Shown: piece by piece, positions 51,540 through 64,000 of the stretch | Position numbering within the stretch: position 1 is the stretch's first letter | How the letters are laid out: every line of letters begins with the position of its first letter | Assembly: GCA_036172245.1 (NCBI GenBank) | Contig: JAYWIR010000009.1 | Coordinates: forward strand, 2,418,001-2,482,000 | Direction of reading: 5' to 3' | DNA: 64,000 nt | Source: Raillietiella orientalis | Taxonomy: Eukaryota | The notes under the pieces: model-generated | Told to the model about the DNA's origin: nothing | Seen by the model: the letters and a program-made list of their open reading frames with translations, nothing else | The model's database searches: none | Made by a program: the position numbers and the translations under genes

Positions 51540-52030
51540 TACACAAACTGATCCAAAGACGTGCCACGAAATATGCCGAAGGCATTAGGAGAAATACTGT
51601 AGGGCTGGATAAGGTTACAAAGTCCGAGAAACTTGTGAGGGCCAAGGCAGTGGACCCGAAGCACCACAGTACGAGAAAGGGACAGTGTCCGGCACAAGAG
51701 ATGGATGACTTTCATGAACAGGTGCAAAGGCACAAGAAGCAATCCTATACCTGAGGAAATACGAAAAGTGGAAAAAAATCAAACGCCGTCTAAAAATAGG
51801 CACAGAAAAAATCAAAGTGGCTGAGCCAGAAAAGTTGACTGTCAGCAGAAAGACCCATGAAACTCTTTTGTTAGGTGATCGCATTATCACTAATCCTCGG
51901 GTGAGGCAGCACAATTGGACCCGTCGATTCAAAAGCAGTCTGAAGCAGCAAAGGCAAAACGTCGAGTCAGCTTCAGCGTATCCCGAAAGCTGCATCCGAG
52001 TCGAACAGGGTGCAAAAGCTTGCAGGCACG
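51540..52030 (+). mobile_element. Decayed CR1-like ORF2 C-terminal remnant within the kirre-like intron
   Basis: LIQRRATKYAEGIR matches the CR1-type LExVQRRATK motif; later RVRQHNW resembles TRGH. Confidence 0.35.
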
Positions 52031-52799
52031 CGCTCAGTGTGGAAACCCATTGCGCTGCTGGAGCACATCCCTGGATGACATCAACCGGACCCAAGTGGAC
52101 ATCGCAGTGCAAGTAAGCAAATTCGCAGACACGGCCCGTCAGTTTAGAATCGTCCACGCGCATCCAATCTGAAAGCCATCCCGAATCGGAAGATGGCAAG
52201 GGAAAACGGAAGGATCTCCATGTTCCGAATTCCCGAGTCGGGAACAGCAAAAATTCCCGATCGAAGTAAACCGCTTTGCTGCGTAATGGGGAATTCCCGT
52301 AATTCCCGTGATCACGTTGTTCGACATCCGCTTGACTTTCTTGAATCCAACCACTTGCAGGGATGTGCGGACGACTTACCGACCCATTTGAAAGGAATTT
52401 GGAGCATGCGAAACACTGAGATGAAGCACGAATCGGACACCACAACGAATTGGCCGCCATCACAGTCGGTGAATAGTAAAGCAATCAGACAGCCTTCAAA
52501 ACCTTAAGACTATTCAGCAGAATCTCTTCAGACCGACGCTCTTGCTCTCATTTGAGCATCCACGTTTCCACCGCAGATGCATGCTGTCCGGAAACACCAA
52601 TGTACCCATCAGGGCAAACGAACGAAGAACGTGATGCTGTCTCCTAGAAACGAGCCTCTCCGGTAAACTCATTCAGAAAAGAACGAGCAGTGGAAGTCCA
52701 CATCTCAAGTCCGAAGCTATAAACGGTACATTCGCTGCAAATCACAAATCATGGCAGAAACGGGGAAGAAATGCACCGAGACGGTTGATCGCGATGAGC

Positions 52800-52990
52800 T
52801 TTTTCCTTATTCTCGCACAACACCTGTTGCGAATCGATGTGTTCGTACATCATCCGTACAACCTTCATAAGGGCAGGTGGTACTGACAGAGACAGAGACT
52901 CGTACCGATGAACCAAGTGCGACAAGTGCTTGGTCACGTGGACTCATTTCGAGAGTTCTCTCCCGGATGGTCGTCCAGGTGTACATCAGG
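52800..52990 (-). mobile_element. Possible RTE-like RT scrap
   Basis: MYTWTTIRERTLE and VPPALMKVVRMMYE resemble RTE motifs IFTLRQxxEK and GVPxxLxxxIxxMY. Confidence 0.28.
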
Positions 52991-53659
52991 ATGTGAGAAA
53001 TAAGGGAAACGTTTTCTGGAATTTCCTCATCTTCCCGGCTAGCATCCGGCTGCTAGCCAGATCGATCAGCGCGTGGCAAAACAGAAGCAGCTTCTCACAC
53101 AATGAGACCACCAACTGGACCTGAGAGAGCCGGTGCGTGTGAAGCCGCCAGAAGAACCGGCGAGGGCAAGACAACCGCAAGGAAAAACACACACAAAAAA
53201 CACAGCGACGGTGTTGGCATGGGAAAGGAAACCCAGAATGCTCCACCAGAGGCGCTGAAACAGAATCGCTCGATGCATGACAACGATGAGGGGAAACAGG
53301 TGATGGCGCCCGCATCGAGATCTTTCGCCTCCCAGCCGTGCCGCTGCCATCGATACGGTCTGGGAATCCAGTGGTTCCTCGATCTGAAGAGAGAACACCC
53401 TGTTTTCAGGGAAACCCAGGAAACCACACCAAGTGGGGAGAACAGAGTTTGGACGAGTTCGCGCCGGCAGGAGGGAGACCGCATTCCACACAAAGCGGCT
53501 GCAGAGACGTCAGCACCGCAGGAGAAAGAGATAGCCCCGCGAGTGGCATTTACCCCTTTCTCGAAAAACACATCATTTTTCAATTCGCGAAGAAGGCGGC
53601 GGAAAAGTAAAGCCCAAGAGTGGACAAAAAAATAAAATCAAATAAATTGTGGTAATTAC

Positions 53660-53921
53660 CCAGATCCAAGGACTTTCCATTCCTTGACCACGTAATGGAG
53701 TCGGCAGAAGGCACACAGTAAGTGATGCATTCCAAATGAACAACATCGTTTCTATAGCCGTACTGTACAGATGGATTCAGGAAGACGGGAGGACCACGCA
53801 AAAGGACAAGTATTTCTGACACTATTTCCGGAAAATCCAGGGATCTCACTCTGCACTGGTACGTTCCTGCAGATTTGGCATCAAGATGCTTTATCATCAG
53901 CTCGCTTCCTTGTCCAATGAT
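53660..53921 (-). CDS. kirre: Kirre/Rst-like exon: end of Ig4, start of Ig5
   Basis: Acceptor ttgccag|. Encodes IIGQGSELMIKHLDAKSAGTYQCRV...LLRGPPVF...VVHLECITYCVPSADSITWSRNGKSLDL. Donor G|GTAATT. 262 bp, phase 0 to 1; follows an ~8.6-kb intron. Confidence 0.9.
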
Positions 53922-56900
53922 CTGGCAAATTCAAATTCATTTGAAAGGTGGGGAACAGAGACGTGCACGCTGATTCAAACGCTTTCATGCAACGGGAGGA
54001 ATTTAATCAAAGATGGAGTTCATCATGCGTTCAGGCGTCGACTCACGTTAGGCCGGTTAATATGGAAGATGAGATCTGATAGGAAGAAGAAGTAAGGAGG
54101 AAAGAATAGAGCCTCGCTGATGAAAAAAACACACACACACACACACAAAAAAAAAAAACCAATCGTTCAGAGCTTTCGTTTTTCGTTCCGAATTCGCGTA
54201 GAAACAAATTTTCACTTCCGGTGATGTTTGGTCTCATTCAAAAAGCCTCTTCGAAATTGGAACGCTTCAACGAGTGTGATTGATGGAACACGTCATCTAC
54301 GACCGGAGCGCAGCCTCAAAGTCCACATCCTCACTACCTCTGCAAACCAGAAGCAGCCTTACGAAGAAAATGACAGCGCAGGAATCGAAGGGACTAAGCT
54401 GAGCAAAAGACCGAGATGGAGGTTTAAAAAATAGGAATAAAAAAAGAAAAAAAAAAAACACACGAAAATCATTTCGAAAACACTCGTGGACACTTTAACC
54501 GGATGTTCGACACAGCCAGGCGAATCCGTGGGGGGGGGGGAAGAAGCTCTTTGAGACCCACGTGTTGGACGAGACATCTCTGCCGGGAAAAGAGTTTCGA
54601 GTGGAACTGAAGAGCCCTGCAAGCCCCCGCGCTTTGAGCAAGAAAGTGGACTTCGTCGCCAGGAGCCACTGAACCGTGGGTGCACTCACGGGGGCTGACA
54701 GTTCAATTTCAATGCAGGAGGAGGGGATCTTCGAAAGGGCGGAAACCGGGCTTTATGACGCGTGTCGCACGATGGCCATCTTCGCTACAGGAAAGTTCCT
54801 CATTTGGTGCTGCGCGTCGCGAAAAGGATTTGCTTTTGTTTTCGTCTTTTCTCTTTTAATGCTCGGTTTTTTTCGACCGGCGCTCGGCAAATGTGTGACT
54901 TCCATTGAAAAAAAAAAAACCCGGGAGGGATTCAAAATGAACACGAGGCAGCGTGGCACGAGATTTCTTCCACGTTTTCCATTCATCCTGGAAACGTGCT
55001 CGCAGCTTCTTCCCATTCGGAGGTTCGACCCTGGTTCCCGTGAGAAGGTTCCTTTTTTTCGGGGGTCCACTAGCGAGATGAATCCGTTGCCTCGCAAGAA
55101 AGATGAAGCAACAAAAAAAAAAAAAGGACGGGGGAACCACTAATTTGAATTTTCCTCGCCCTCCTCCCCCCCCGTTTTTTTGCACCGCCCTTGTTTTTCT
55201 GTCGCCTGAGGTATTTACTAGTGTTTCCAATCATCTCAAGATGCAGCTCACAGCGTCCTCCTGAAAAGAAATCGCTCGAACTCTTTGTCGATCTCAAAGA
55301 GTCCACCTCCCTGATGAACGCACACGGAAGGACCAGGAAAGCAGAAAAGGCAAGAGAAAAAAAAAAATTTGAATGCTGAAATCGAAGCACAACTTGATGG
55401 GACGCGTGCCACGATTTTATTACAGCACCCATCTAGAAGACGCGGAGCTCCCCCAAAAGGAGAAAAAACAGGAAATGCCCAATAGTGTCTGCTCGAGTGG
55501 AAAGAGTGAACACGCTCGCGTTGGGATGCACGCTAAACTGATTTGCATATCAAAAAAGGGGGGAAAGAAAAACATGAAAGGAACGGGAGACATTTAGAAA
55601 TCAACAGAAAGATCTGTGTGCGTCGACGAGTGTCTCTCTGAGGGGAGGATGCACTGCGTGGAGGAAACCATGGAAACTTTTCCGCACAAGAAATACGCGT
55701 TCGACGGAAGGCCCGAAGGAAACCTGGAGGATCTTCCCGAAGGGAAAGAAGGGGTGAAGTTTTCGCCAACTGCATCTTGGTGGTTGCATTCGAGAGAGCA
55801 AAAATTGCATGCAGATCCCTGCACTTATTTCCTCCTCGTTGGCTTCTTCGTGGCGGCGGTGCACATCCGTTGTCCTGGTGCTCACTGCCGGCCACGTTTG
55901 TTTCGGAAATTTCCACGGGATTGGGGTGTCATCGCTCGCTGCTGGGCTGGGCTCTGCTGCAACACTTCTAGGAGCCCTACGAGGGGGCTTTCGATTGGGA
56001 TCCTCGAGGGACGCCTTGCTGTTCGCCAACAGCAAGATGGTGGTCAGGTGTGACTTCTGCCACGAGTTCCAGTTTCACTGCATGGAAATACCTGAATACT
56101 GAAGCATGTCTTGGTATATTCTGCTGTTCTTGCCTCATTCCGTGTACGTCTAGTACATCCTGATCATCAGCTGTCACCATTTCATTAGCGTTCTGAGCCC
56201 TAAACCATCAATCAAGCGACCTCCTGGCACCTGGATTCTACCCACAGAGCTCCCAACTGCTTCGAATGTTTGCAACCCATTTCCTACTTTCACATTTTGG
56301 GGTTCCGGGTACCTCGCGCGACTGTAAACTTCAGCATGCATCGCAAAGATTGCAGGGGGGAAAGCGAGCTCTCGGAAAGGGAAAAGGAAAAACTCTGGAA
56401 CCCCTCTTGAAAAGAGAACTGCCCAAATGCACTTAAGTTCCAGAAAACTTCGCATAAAGAACGAAAGACGAACGAAATCCCGAAGGACAGAAGGTTTCGC
56501 GAATATCCTTTAAAATTTCACCTAAAAAGCTTATTGATGTGTTCCAGGTGTTTATCTACCCCTTTGAGAACTTTCCATTCTCAGCCCCTTACATCCATCC
56601 AGGAAGTGAATCGCCATTCTTAAAGGCCCGAGCTCGGAAATCGTCTTCGCAGTCAGGGTGAAGACTCTGTGAGATGGTTCCCGTGCCTCCAAAGAGCGGC
56701 GTGAGTCGAGTATACAGGAACAGATTGATATGGGAAGAACCTTTGATGGACACCCCCAGTCATAGTGTGCAAACAATTCCAACCTCATCGACGAGAGAAA
56801 TGACCATGGGGTAGAAGTCACCAACGAGGCGAAGCGAGGAAGATGGAAAAGGCCTGTGGCTTATTAAACCAACCCATCCCAGGAGACGGCTTGGAATCTG

Positions 56901-59900
56901 GACCAAACCGAATACCCCATCGAAAGTCCAGCTATCCCGCTGGACTCCTTCCGCTAGTGTAAGAACTCGGAGCATCCGAAGAAGGGCGGCGACGAAAAGA
57001 GACCAAATACAGGAAGTTGAGCTTTCCCCTTCACAGACAGAAGACGAACTAGCGTCGGTAGGGGCACTGGCGCTACCACTTCCCCCAAAGACCTTGAACC
57101 CACATAGCGGTAGGTGCTCAGAAGTGTGCATGAACATCCAGAACGGTCAAGGAATGTACTGAGGACGCGTTCTGAGCCACCGCAAAGATGAACTGTTCAG
57201 AGGACTTCCGGATGGATCACCCGATGCTGGAAATCGAAGGAAATTTATCTCCCAAATTTACTGCAGGAACATTATGAAGAAGGAAAATTGGTTGCGCTAC
57301 GAAACCTCTAACACGTCTGGAAATGTCCAGCAGAACACACCAGCGGAGAGAGCCCTAGTACTGGCGAGTTGCAAGTGGGACCGAGGGAATCGATTCTTCC
57401 CGAAGACATTTAGGCACGGTCAGCTTTCCCGTCTCAAGAAAAGCTCTACCCCCAGCTGGGTATTGCAAGTGTGGGCGAGTGCTCGCGGCAAAAAATCACC
57501 CGTGCGGAGGGCGGAGGAGTGAAGAGAAGGTGACGCCCGTAAACTCCAAGGCCGCGGCACCTTTAAGCACCCCGGACGCCTGCAGACAATCTCCGTGGTC
57601 AACAGGGAACGAGCCCGGGTCAACAGGGAGCGCTGTGCACTGTGGACCCTGATGCTGCGCTGCCAGCATTCCCAAAGCGCAGCTTCTTTGATGCTGGCGT
57701 TCAGCGGGCCGTCAACGTGGACCTGTACCAAATCCATCAGACACCACACACGACTCTTTGACATCGATAATGCAATTACACTAAATGATGGGAATGATGA
57801 GTGCAAAAATCTGATTGGATTCGTTCGATGATTCCGAGGCAATCCGGAAAAAAACATTGGGAGGAAAAGCAGACGTCCAATCATGACAATAAATTACTAC
57901 GAACGCGAGGTTTGATGATTAACAAAATCTATGCAAGAGAAACACAAATGAACGTTGCTGGGTGGGGGGGGAGGGGTCAAGCAAGAGGAGGAGGAGGTCA
58001 AGGCGAGGCCTTTTTGATTTACTTCATGACAGCAAGGATTCACTGCCGAGCTGGGTAAGAAAAAAAAAAAAAAAAAAGAGCTGAAAAAGCAGCACCTCTT
58101 TAATTTCAGCAAAAATCATTTTGCTTTCGTTTTTTTTTTCTCTCTCTCTCTCTCCCCCTCCCCCCCAAATAAGAAAGGTGGAAAGCGCACCGTTAATGGG
58201 AAACCGTGCCATCAAACATTGTAAATCAAAATCAGCGCAAATCTTCAACCTTTTCAAGCTCGGCATTCGTCGCTCCAGGTGGAAAAACAGGAATCCGTTG
58301 ATTTGAATCTTTGTGAAACAAGAAATGAAAAGGAAAAAAAGAACAAACTTGCCCACGTTTTCATTGAATCCGTATTAGAAACTTACCTACTTAATTTGAG
58401 GGCGCACCCCTTGTTAATGCCGCGGGAGTTGCTGACTGCGTGGGGACACGTGCCTGCTTGATTCGGTGGGAACTCCTCGAAATCCACGCTGCGATGGGTT
58501 TTCAAAGGATGATTCTCACGCGCGCGTATGGGGTGAGCACATGAGCTCTGCCCACTTTGGCCCCGAATGGGCTCGGTTTCCCGTCGACTGCGCAGAAGAC
58601 GGAGGAACCGAAATGCAAGACGATGGAGCGGCGATGACGGATTAAGACCGCAGTGTCAAGTCTTCCGTGCACGCTGCATCCAAAGATGGAATGGTCACGC
58701 AATTCACAAGAAAAAAAAAAAAAAAAAACTCCCCCCCTCCCCCAGAATACGAAACTGGCTGCTTGAAGCCGAGGCCGCTGGCACGGTTTCCTGAGCGACA
58801 TGCGAGAGAACTTGCAAAGGAACTCGGGGACGAAATCATCCCAGCAGGATCAGCCCGAAAGACGACTGCTGCAGCATTTGCATTCGATTCCGGAAACGCT
58901 AAACCGACTTCACTGTGGTGCGAAAAACGAAGTGAAAGGCTTTGGAACGAGAGGACGAAGAGTCGGAAATCTTGGACCCCGTGGACCACTTCGGGAATGT
59001 CAAACTGATCCTAGAAAATCTGTTCAGGAAGGGAAGGAAGTAAGGAGGGGGGCGTGGGAGAAGCAAAGCGAATCCGCGCTGGTGATCTGAGATTCGAAAC
59101 ACATTTGGAATTTTAGGTGGAGGGTTGGGATTTTAGAAATCCATCCGATCGTGCCGCTTGCCCCGAACACGAAAATCTTGGATGCGGACGGCAAAAATTC
59201 CAAATTCGCTCGGCGGGCCACAGAAAACGATTCCAAGGACGAGCACCGACGGAGATAAAAACGGGGGGAAACGATGGTGACCATCAGGAAAGAACGAATG
59301 TCCGCATCTCCTAGCAAAACACTTCAAGAGAAGCGGCTGGCTTCCAGGAGTTCGTTCACAAGCCCCATCACCCCCGGATACGTGCGAATGCCTTCCGCCT
59401 CTTCCGTTCACCTCCCAGCAATCGCAATCCTTCAGGAAACACCGCTGTTGCACGTCCCAAAAGGCAAGAAGAACGAGTCGAAAAGGCAGCGCTTCCTTAA
59501 TTAAAGTCCTTAAGTAGAAGTGAGTTTTTCTGAAGAAACAAAAGCATTGTTCAACCAGCAATCGAAATTCTTAGGGGGTATTGCACGGCTATTGCACCTC
59601 CTGGAAGCCCCGAAGAGCTGCGGACGCGATCGAGTTTCCCAAAGGTCGGGAAGAAGTTCCCCCTGTCGAAGGGTCGAAGGGATTTCCGTTGCAAAGAGGT
59701 CCCCTTCGCAGAAATTACCTTGGGAGCTTCAAAGACTACTTCTTACGTCTATTTTTGGAATAGTCATGGAAACGTGGACAGACTTCCATTTGGGCAACTT
59801 ACGGGGGAAAGAATGGCGAACAAGTGATATCTTGGTACTCCATGAATGGAGCCACTGGAGGGAGCACACGAAGGTGCACAACAACAACAAAATGAGCACA

Positions 59901-62049
59901 GCTCAGCTACGTAGGTCGTGGGACTATCCCCAAAGTTAGCAGAAGCCGTGGAATGAAAACAGGGATGAGTCAGGGAAGCTGTAAAGATTACCGCAACAAC
60001 ATCTTAGCAAGGGAAGAAACTTTTGTCCCGGTGTCACGGGCGGGTTTGCACCGCGCCATCGTCAATTCACCTCAGTTGGACGGAATCGCGACTTCGCACC
60101 GAAAGTCGTTTTCTTCCCGTCTTCTCCCTGCAAGCATCCACGGAATTCTTCGTGGCGACCACAGTCTCCAGGAATTCCAAACAGATGCAGGTTGAGGTTC
60201 AGCCGAATACCCGTGGATGTCTAAAGCTGCTCGCAGAGCTCAAATCTGCTCTTCGGTGAAGGAGGGTGGGAGCGCCGCCTCACACGCGACGCAACCGATT
60301 CGGTCCAGGAAGGCAGCCTCCCTGGCCACTTTCCTCCCCACCGGGTGCAACACCCGGCACAATGAGGTCGTGAGGACGCTTCGAGATAAAAGCTGGCCCT
60401 TCTTTCCAACCTCGTAAACCTCACGTTGCGGCACCACAAAGTCTTCGGAGGCGTAAATCATGTGCCTCCATTCCCATTCACTGGCGACTGCTCTTAACCA
60501 GCATGAAGCGCATTAGCAGACGAGGAAAAAGAGGAAGAGGAAGGAAAGAAAAAAAAAAAAAAAAAATGTTCCCGAGGGATTCGACTCCATCCATAATCCG
60601 GAAAAAATTTCTGGGCATGAAATGAACAGAACTTTCGACATCTTCAACTCCCTTGAGCGACTTTTCAAAGCAAGAAATGCCTTCCTCGGCATCTTGCGCT
60701 GCCTGCGAAATCAGCCATCATTAAACAGCACAATGGGAGGATGGATGCTCTTTATAAGCTGATCAAAGTCAAACTGTTCGCGCATTGTGGAAAGTTTCCT
60801 ACACAAAGCCAGCATCCAACGGAATGATCCGCAGAGGAACAGATGCCTCCCGTTGAAATTCAGACCTTCAAACGTGATTTATAAATTTCCTATCAACCGA
60901 AAGATGCTGCCGGAGGTTCCCGGAAGCAAATAGTCGGGAGGGGCTTCCGGGAAGGAGGAAGGGAGGGAAATCGAAGAGAACGCTCCGGGTTCGCTTTCTG
61001 CTGCGTCGAGGGAAGCGAAGATAGCAATCTGGAAGCGCGGTAATCCCCGCCCCACTCGCCGAGCAAGAAAAGTCCCCCGGATTTCGCACCACCCTGAGGA
61101 TGGCGAGAAAAAAAAAAAAAAAAAGAAAATTGCTTTCCTTTTTTCTTCTTCTGGAGGCAACTCGTACAGGAACAGGTCTTCCTCGTGTCTTGCCCACTCA
61201 TCGCGCGCAGCGTCCGAACGCTCTCCAAAAGCTGTGACTCTTGTAAAGACCCGGGCTGCATGGCGCGCACCACTGGCGCTCGTTCGGCGGGATCTTCCTT
61301 CTCCAAACCAGATCAGCAGCAGCCGAACGCAAATGGGAATTCAGGACTCCGGCCGCAGCAGTGGGCATTCTTTATGGCCTTCTGCTTTGGCCTATTTATT
61401 TGTCTATAATCCCTGACAATTCGTCAAGTTTTACTGAAGCTGTAATTCTTGAGGGTCAGCAGCGGGTCGACTCGCGTAATGAATGCACACACTTTAAGAG
61501 CTTCGAGGAGGCTGCAACCATTGGATCCCGTATCATGAAGGGTAGCTCCACTGCCCACGCTGCCGATCCCCCAGCATGCGGTTCGGGGAAACCGACCTAC
61601 ATCCTCCGGAAAACGCCTGGACGTTGACGACTCCACACACAACACAACGGACTATGATGGCGGACCGATCACTTGAAGACCGCGTTCCGCCCTTTTCGGT
61701 CATAGTCGCGGCCGAAAACGAACACCGAATCCCTCAAGGCAAGCAATCACCATCGCGTGTCCATCGTTTCAGAGGAAGTTCTTGTCTTGGCAACCGAAAT
61801 CTCTTGATGCATCGAAAAATTCTTCAGGATTCGAAGGGTAAAATGGATTTACGTGAATCTTGAGGATAAAGATGAGTCCTCTGGGATCCTCCGACTTTTT
61901 TTTGGAGCGTGCGCAAAAGATGCAGCAAGGTGATTTAGAAGAGCGTTTGTGGGTTCTGGATGAAACAGGAGGCGGATGGGTAGGGAAACCCTAGGAGGGC
62001 CTTCCAGATTCTCTTGAGGCGAAGCACCACGATGTGCTTTCGCCAGAAA

Positions 62050-62330
62050 CGCTCAATCTCGCAAGATTTTATCTGTCTAAGAAGTCGATCTCGAATCAAA
62101 GTCCACACGCTTTGCGGACAGTGACCAAAACATGCAAGAGGCGGTGGGCGTTACTAGGGTGTTCCGAGAACGCCTTGGTTACTATGAAGAAGAGCACCAT
62201 CTCCAGGTAAATCAACCGAGAGCTACCCAAGCAGTTCAGGAGATGTTGCTCCTCCCTGAAGATCCCTTAGTCCTCCCCAGATTCCCTCCCTGAAGTATCC
62301 CATTACCAATCATGCCATTTTGCACTTTGC
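62050..62330 (-). mobile_element. Possible non-LTR RT scrap
   Basis: IGNGILQGGNL (GxxQG motif) followed by IYLEMVLF (degenerate YADD position) and KACGL. Confidence 0.3.
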
Positions 62331-62561
62331 AGCTCGATATGAGCCGACTAAGAATTATCCCTCTCTCCCCACGTCGGATGGATTGCTGATGACTACGAAG
62401 TCGAATTCGCCACGGGAAATTCGACTTTATAGCCACAAGCTGCTTCCTGACGAATGTGACCGTCGTAAAACCTCTAATTAATCGCTTTAATCAATCAGGA
62501 CTTGGACGGCCGATCCCTGTGCGTCTCACACGTCAGCGAACAAATCCTTACAAAACCGTAC

Positions 62562-62689
62562 CTTGTCTGCGTCATCTTTGGTCCACAGTATAACGGGGGG
62601 TGGATTTCCTACCGCATCGCACTTCAGATTCACTTCGGAAGCTACATCTGCTGCGACGTTCTTCGAAAACGACCGAAAGTAAGGGGCGT
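62562..62689 (-). CDS. kirre: Kirre/Rst-like exon: first half of Ig4
   Basis: Removing the 57-nt GTGAGC...ATGCAG intron (62690-62746) gives NIT-YAPYFRSFSKNVAADVASEVNLKCDAVGNPPPVILWTKDDADK. Donor AAG|GTACGG. Confidence 0.9.
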
Positions 62690-62746
62690 CTGCATCAGAT
62701 ACAAAGATTGGATGATGAGAGTTCTGAGAGGCGGAGGCAGGCTCAC

Positions 62747-63209
62747 AAGTTATGTTGAGCTTGTAGGAAGCAGCTCCGCTGCCGATTATGTTGGTGACCT
62801 CGCAGGTTACGTTCAGGCCGTTGCTTTCCTTCGTGACAACCGGAAGAACGAGTTCGTCCTGGTAGTTGTCACCGACGATGATGTCCCCGTCCCTGAACCA
62901 CTTGAAGAATACTTCGCTGGGGTTGGCTTCGGCAAGGCACTTCAGACGGACAGAGTCGAACTCGAGCAAACGGCTGTTCCTGAGCTCCAGTCGGACCACC
63001 GGCGCGAACTTGACCTCCAGTCGAATTTCCGCCTTGTGCGGCTCGCGGAGCGCCGCGTTCTCGGCCTCGCACTTTATCGTGGTGTTGTGGTGGAAGCGAG
63101 TGGCAGAGAAGTACAACAGCGACTTCGAGTCCCCTCTCTTTCCGTCCGACAGCATCTGGCTGATCTGCTGCGAGGGGAAGGCGTTGCCCTCTCCGTCGAA
63201 CCATGTGAT
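62747..63209 (-). CDS. kirre: Kirre/Rst-like exon: Ig2-Ig3
   Basis: Follows a 50-nt GT-AG intron (63210-63259). Encodes ITWFDGEG...HHNTTIKCEAEN...LEVKFAPVV...LKCLAEANP...WFRDG...VTCEVTNIIGSG...LNIT. 463 bp, phase 0 to 1. Confidence 0.92.
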
Positions 63210-63259
63210 CTGAAACGGGACCGTGTCACGGGAGGCGGAAAGCGACGGGCAGGGCTCAC

Positions 63260-63489
63260 GGTTGCTGGAGGCTTGCCTCCCTTGGAGACGCACTCGAGGT
63301 GCATCTGCCTGCCGGCGACGGCCTCCAAGAGAGCTCCTTGGACGATGCGAGGTTTCTCCGGCACCACGAGAACGGTGAGTTTCGCGTTTCTGGAACGTAT
63401 CGCCTCTTGGCCGTCCGTCGGACCTACTTGGCATTGAAATATGCCGTCGTCTTCAAGCAGTAGAGGGCTTATTTTCAAAGAAAAGTCAT
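63260..63489 (-). CDS. kirre: Kirre/Roughest (Neph-family) Ig adhesion receptor, exon: end of Ig1 and start of Ig2 (first exon visible in the window; gene continues upstream)
   Basis: Acceptor ttcag|, donor |gtgagc. Encodes DFSLKISPLLLEDDGIFQCQVGPTDGQEAIRSRNAKLTVLVVPEKPRIVQG...MHLECVSKGGKPPAT, closely matching the Kirre/Rst Ig1-Ig2 junction. 230 bp, phase 1 to 0. kirre versus rst orthology cannot be resolved. Confidence 0.9.
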
Positions 63490-63821
63490 CTGAATATCGA
63501 GAAACATCATACCTTTAGGTTACTTCGTGTTAATCTGATTCAGAATTCTCAAATAAAATCATGAATTTTTGTATGCATCATGCGCAAGACACTCAAGAAA
63601 ACACATCAGGCACGAGGAGGAGGAGTTTTCCGTTGCACCGAGAAGCGCGCGAAAGAGAGGGCATCGAAGAATCCTCTGTGTCAAGACTGATGGAAACGTA
63701 AGATAAACTTGCTCGCGCAATCATGCTCGACGCAGATTCCTCCGGAGAACACGCAGGAGGAGGAGTTTTTTTCTTTCATCTGCACAAAGATCCCCCCTTC
63801 CAAGAGCAAATCACGTGCGCA

Positions 63822-63824
<3 letters not shown>

Positions 63825-63860
<36 letters not shown>
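63825..63860. repeat. (AC)18 microsatellite in kirre-like intron
   Basis: Directly visible. Confidence 0.95.
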
Positions 63861-63862
<2 letters not shown>

Positions 63863-64000
63863 GAAAGTGACCAATCAGTTGCCCCGAACCAATTCCAGGA
63901 ATTTGACGTCGCAGTAACTGTGACGAAATGGTCCCAGGGATAAAAATTCTGGAGGACATAAAAATTCTGGGGATTTTCACGACATTCGAGAGGATCCGCT

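Noticed and set aside
55809..56102. VLTAGHV, resembling the trypsin His motif
   Set aside because: No accompanying DIAL or GDSGGP motifs and no exon structure; likely chance.
56700..57500. EEDGKGL and HG...YCKCG fragments resembling a LINE ORF2 C-terminus
   Set aside because: Too degenerate, requiring several frameshifts to assemble.
59740..59790. IFGIVMETW, resembling a LINE endonuclease ETW motif
   Set aside because: Single short motif with no flanking support.
62502..63437. 311-aa plus-strand ORF
   Set aside because: Antisense shadow of the kirre-like exons, with no recognisable motifs.

Overview
Eukaryotic, arthropod-like genomic DNA with spliceosomal GT-AG introns, several only 45-57 nt; the species cannot be assigned from sequence alone. 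The one confidently recognisable gene is a Kirre/Roughest (IrreC-rst/Neph) family Ig-superfamily adhesion receptor on the minus strand. Eight exons between 63489 and 49081 encode the end of Ig1, Ig2-Ig5, a transmembrane helix and a cytoplasmic tail ending in the PDZ-binding motif THV; its 5' exons lie beyond the window. A second, tentative minus-strand gene model for a secreted protein spans about 10175-4569. The rest is dominated by decayed mobile DNA: three Tx1/L1-like 3' fragments, CR1- and RTE-like scraps, a possible Gypsy RT remnant, a small element bounded by ~105-bp LTR-like direct repeats, a 32/33-bp minisatellite with a 130-bp higher-order period, and a perfect 26-bp palindrome. The most unusual signal is a four-copy family of long (0.7-1 kb) tRNA-headed SINE-like elements whose body is an array of ~40-45-bp hairpin modules, with some compensatory changes between copies. 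No CRISPR array, rRNA or intact tRNA gene was seen. All homology calls come from motif recognition by eye, not database searches.
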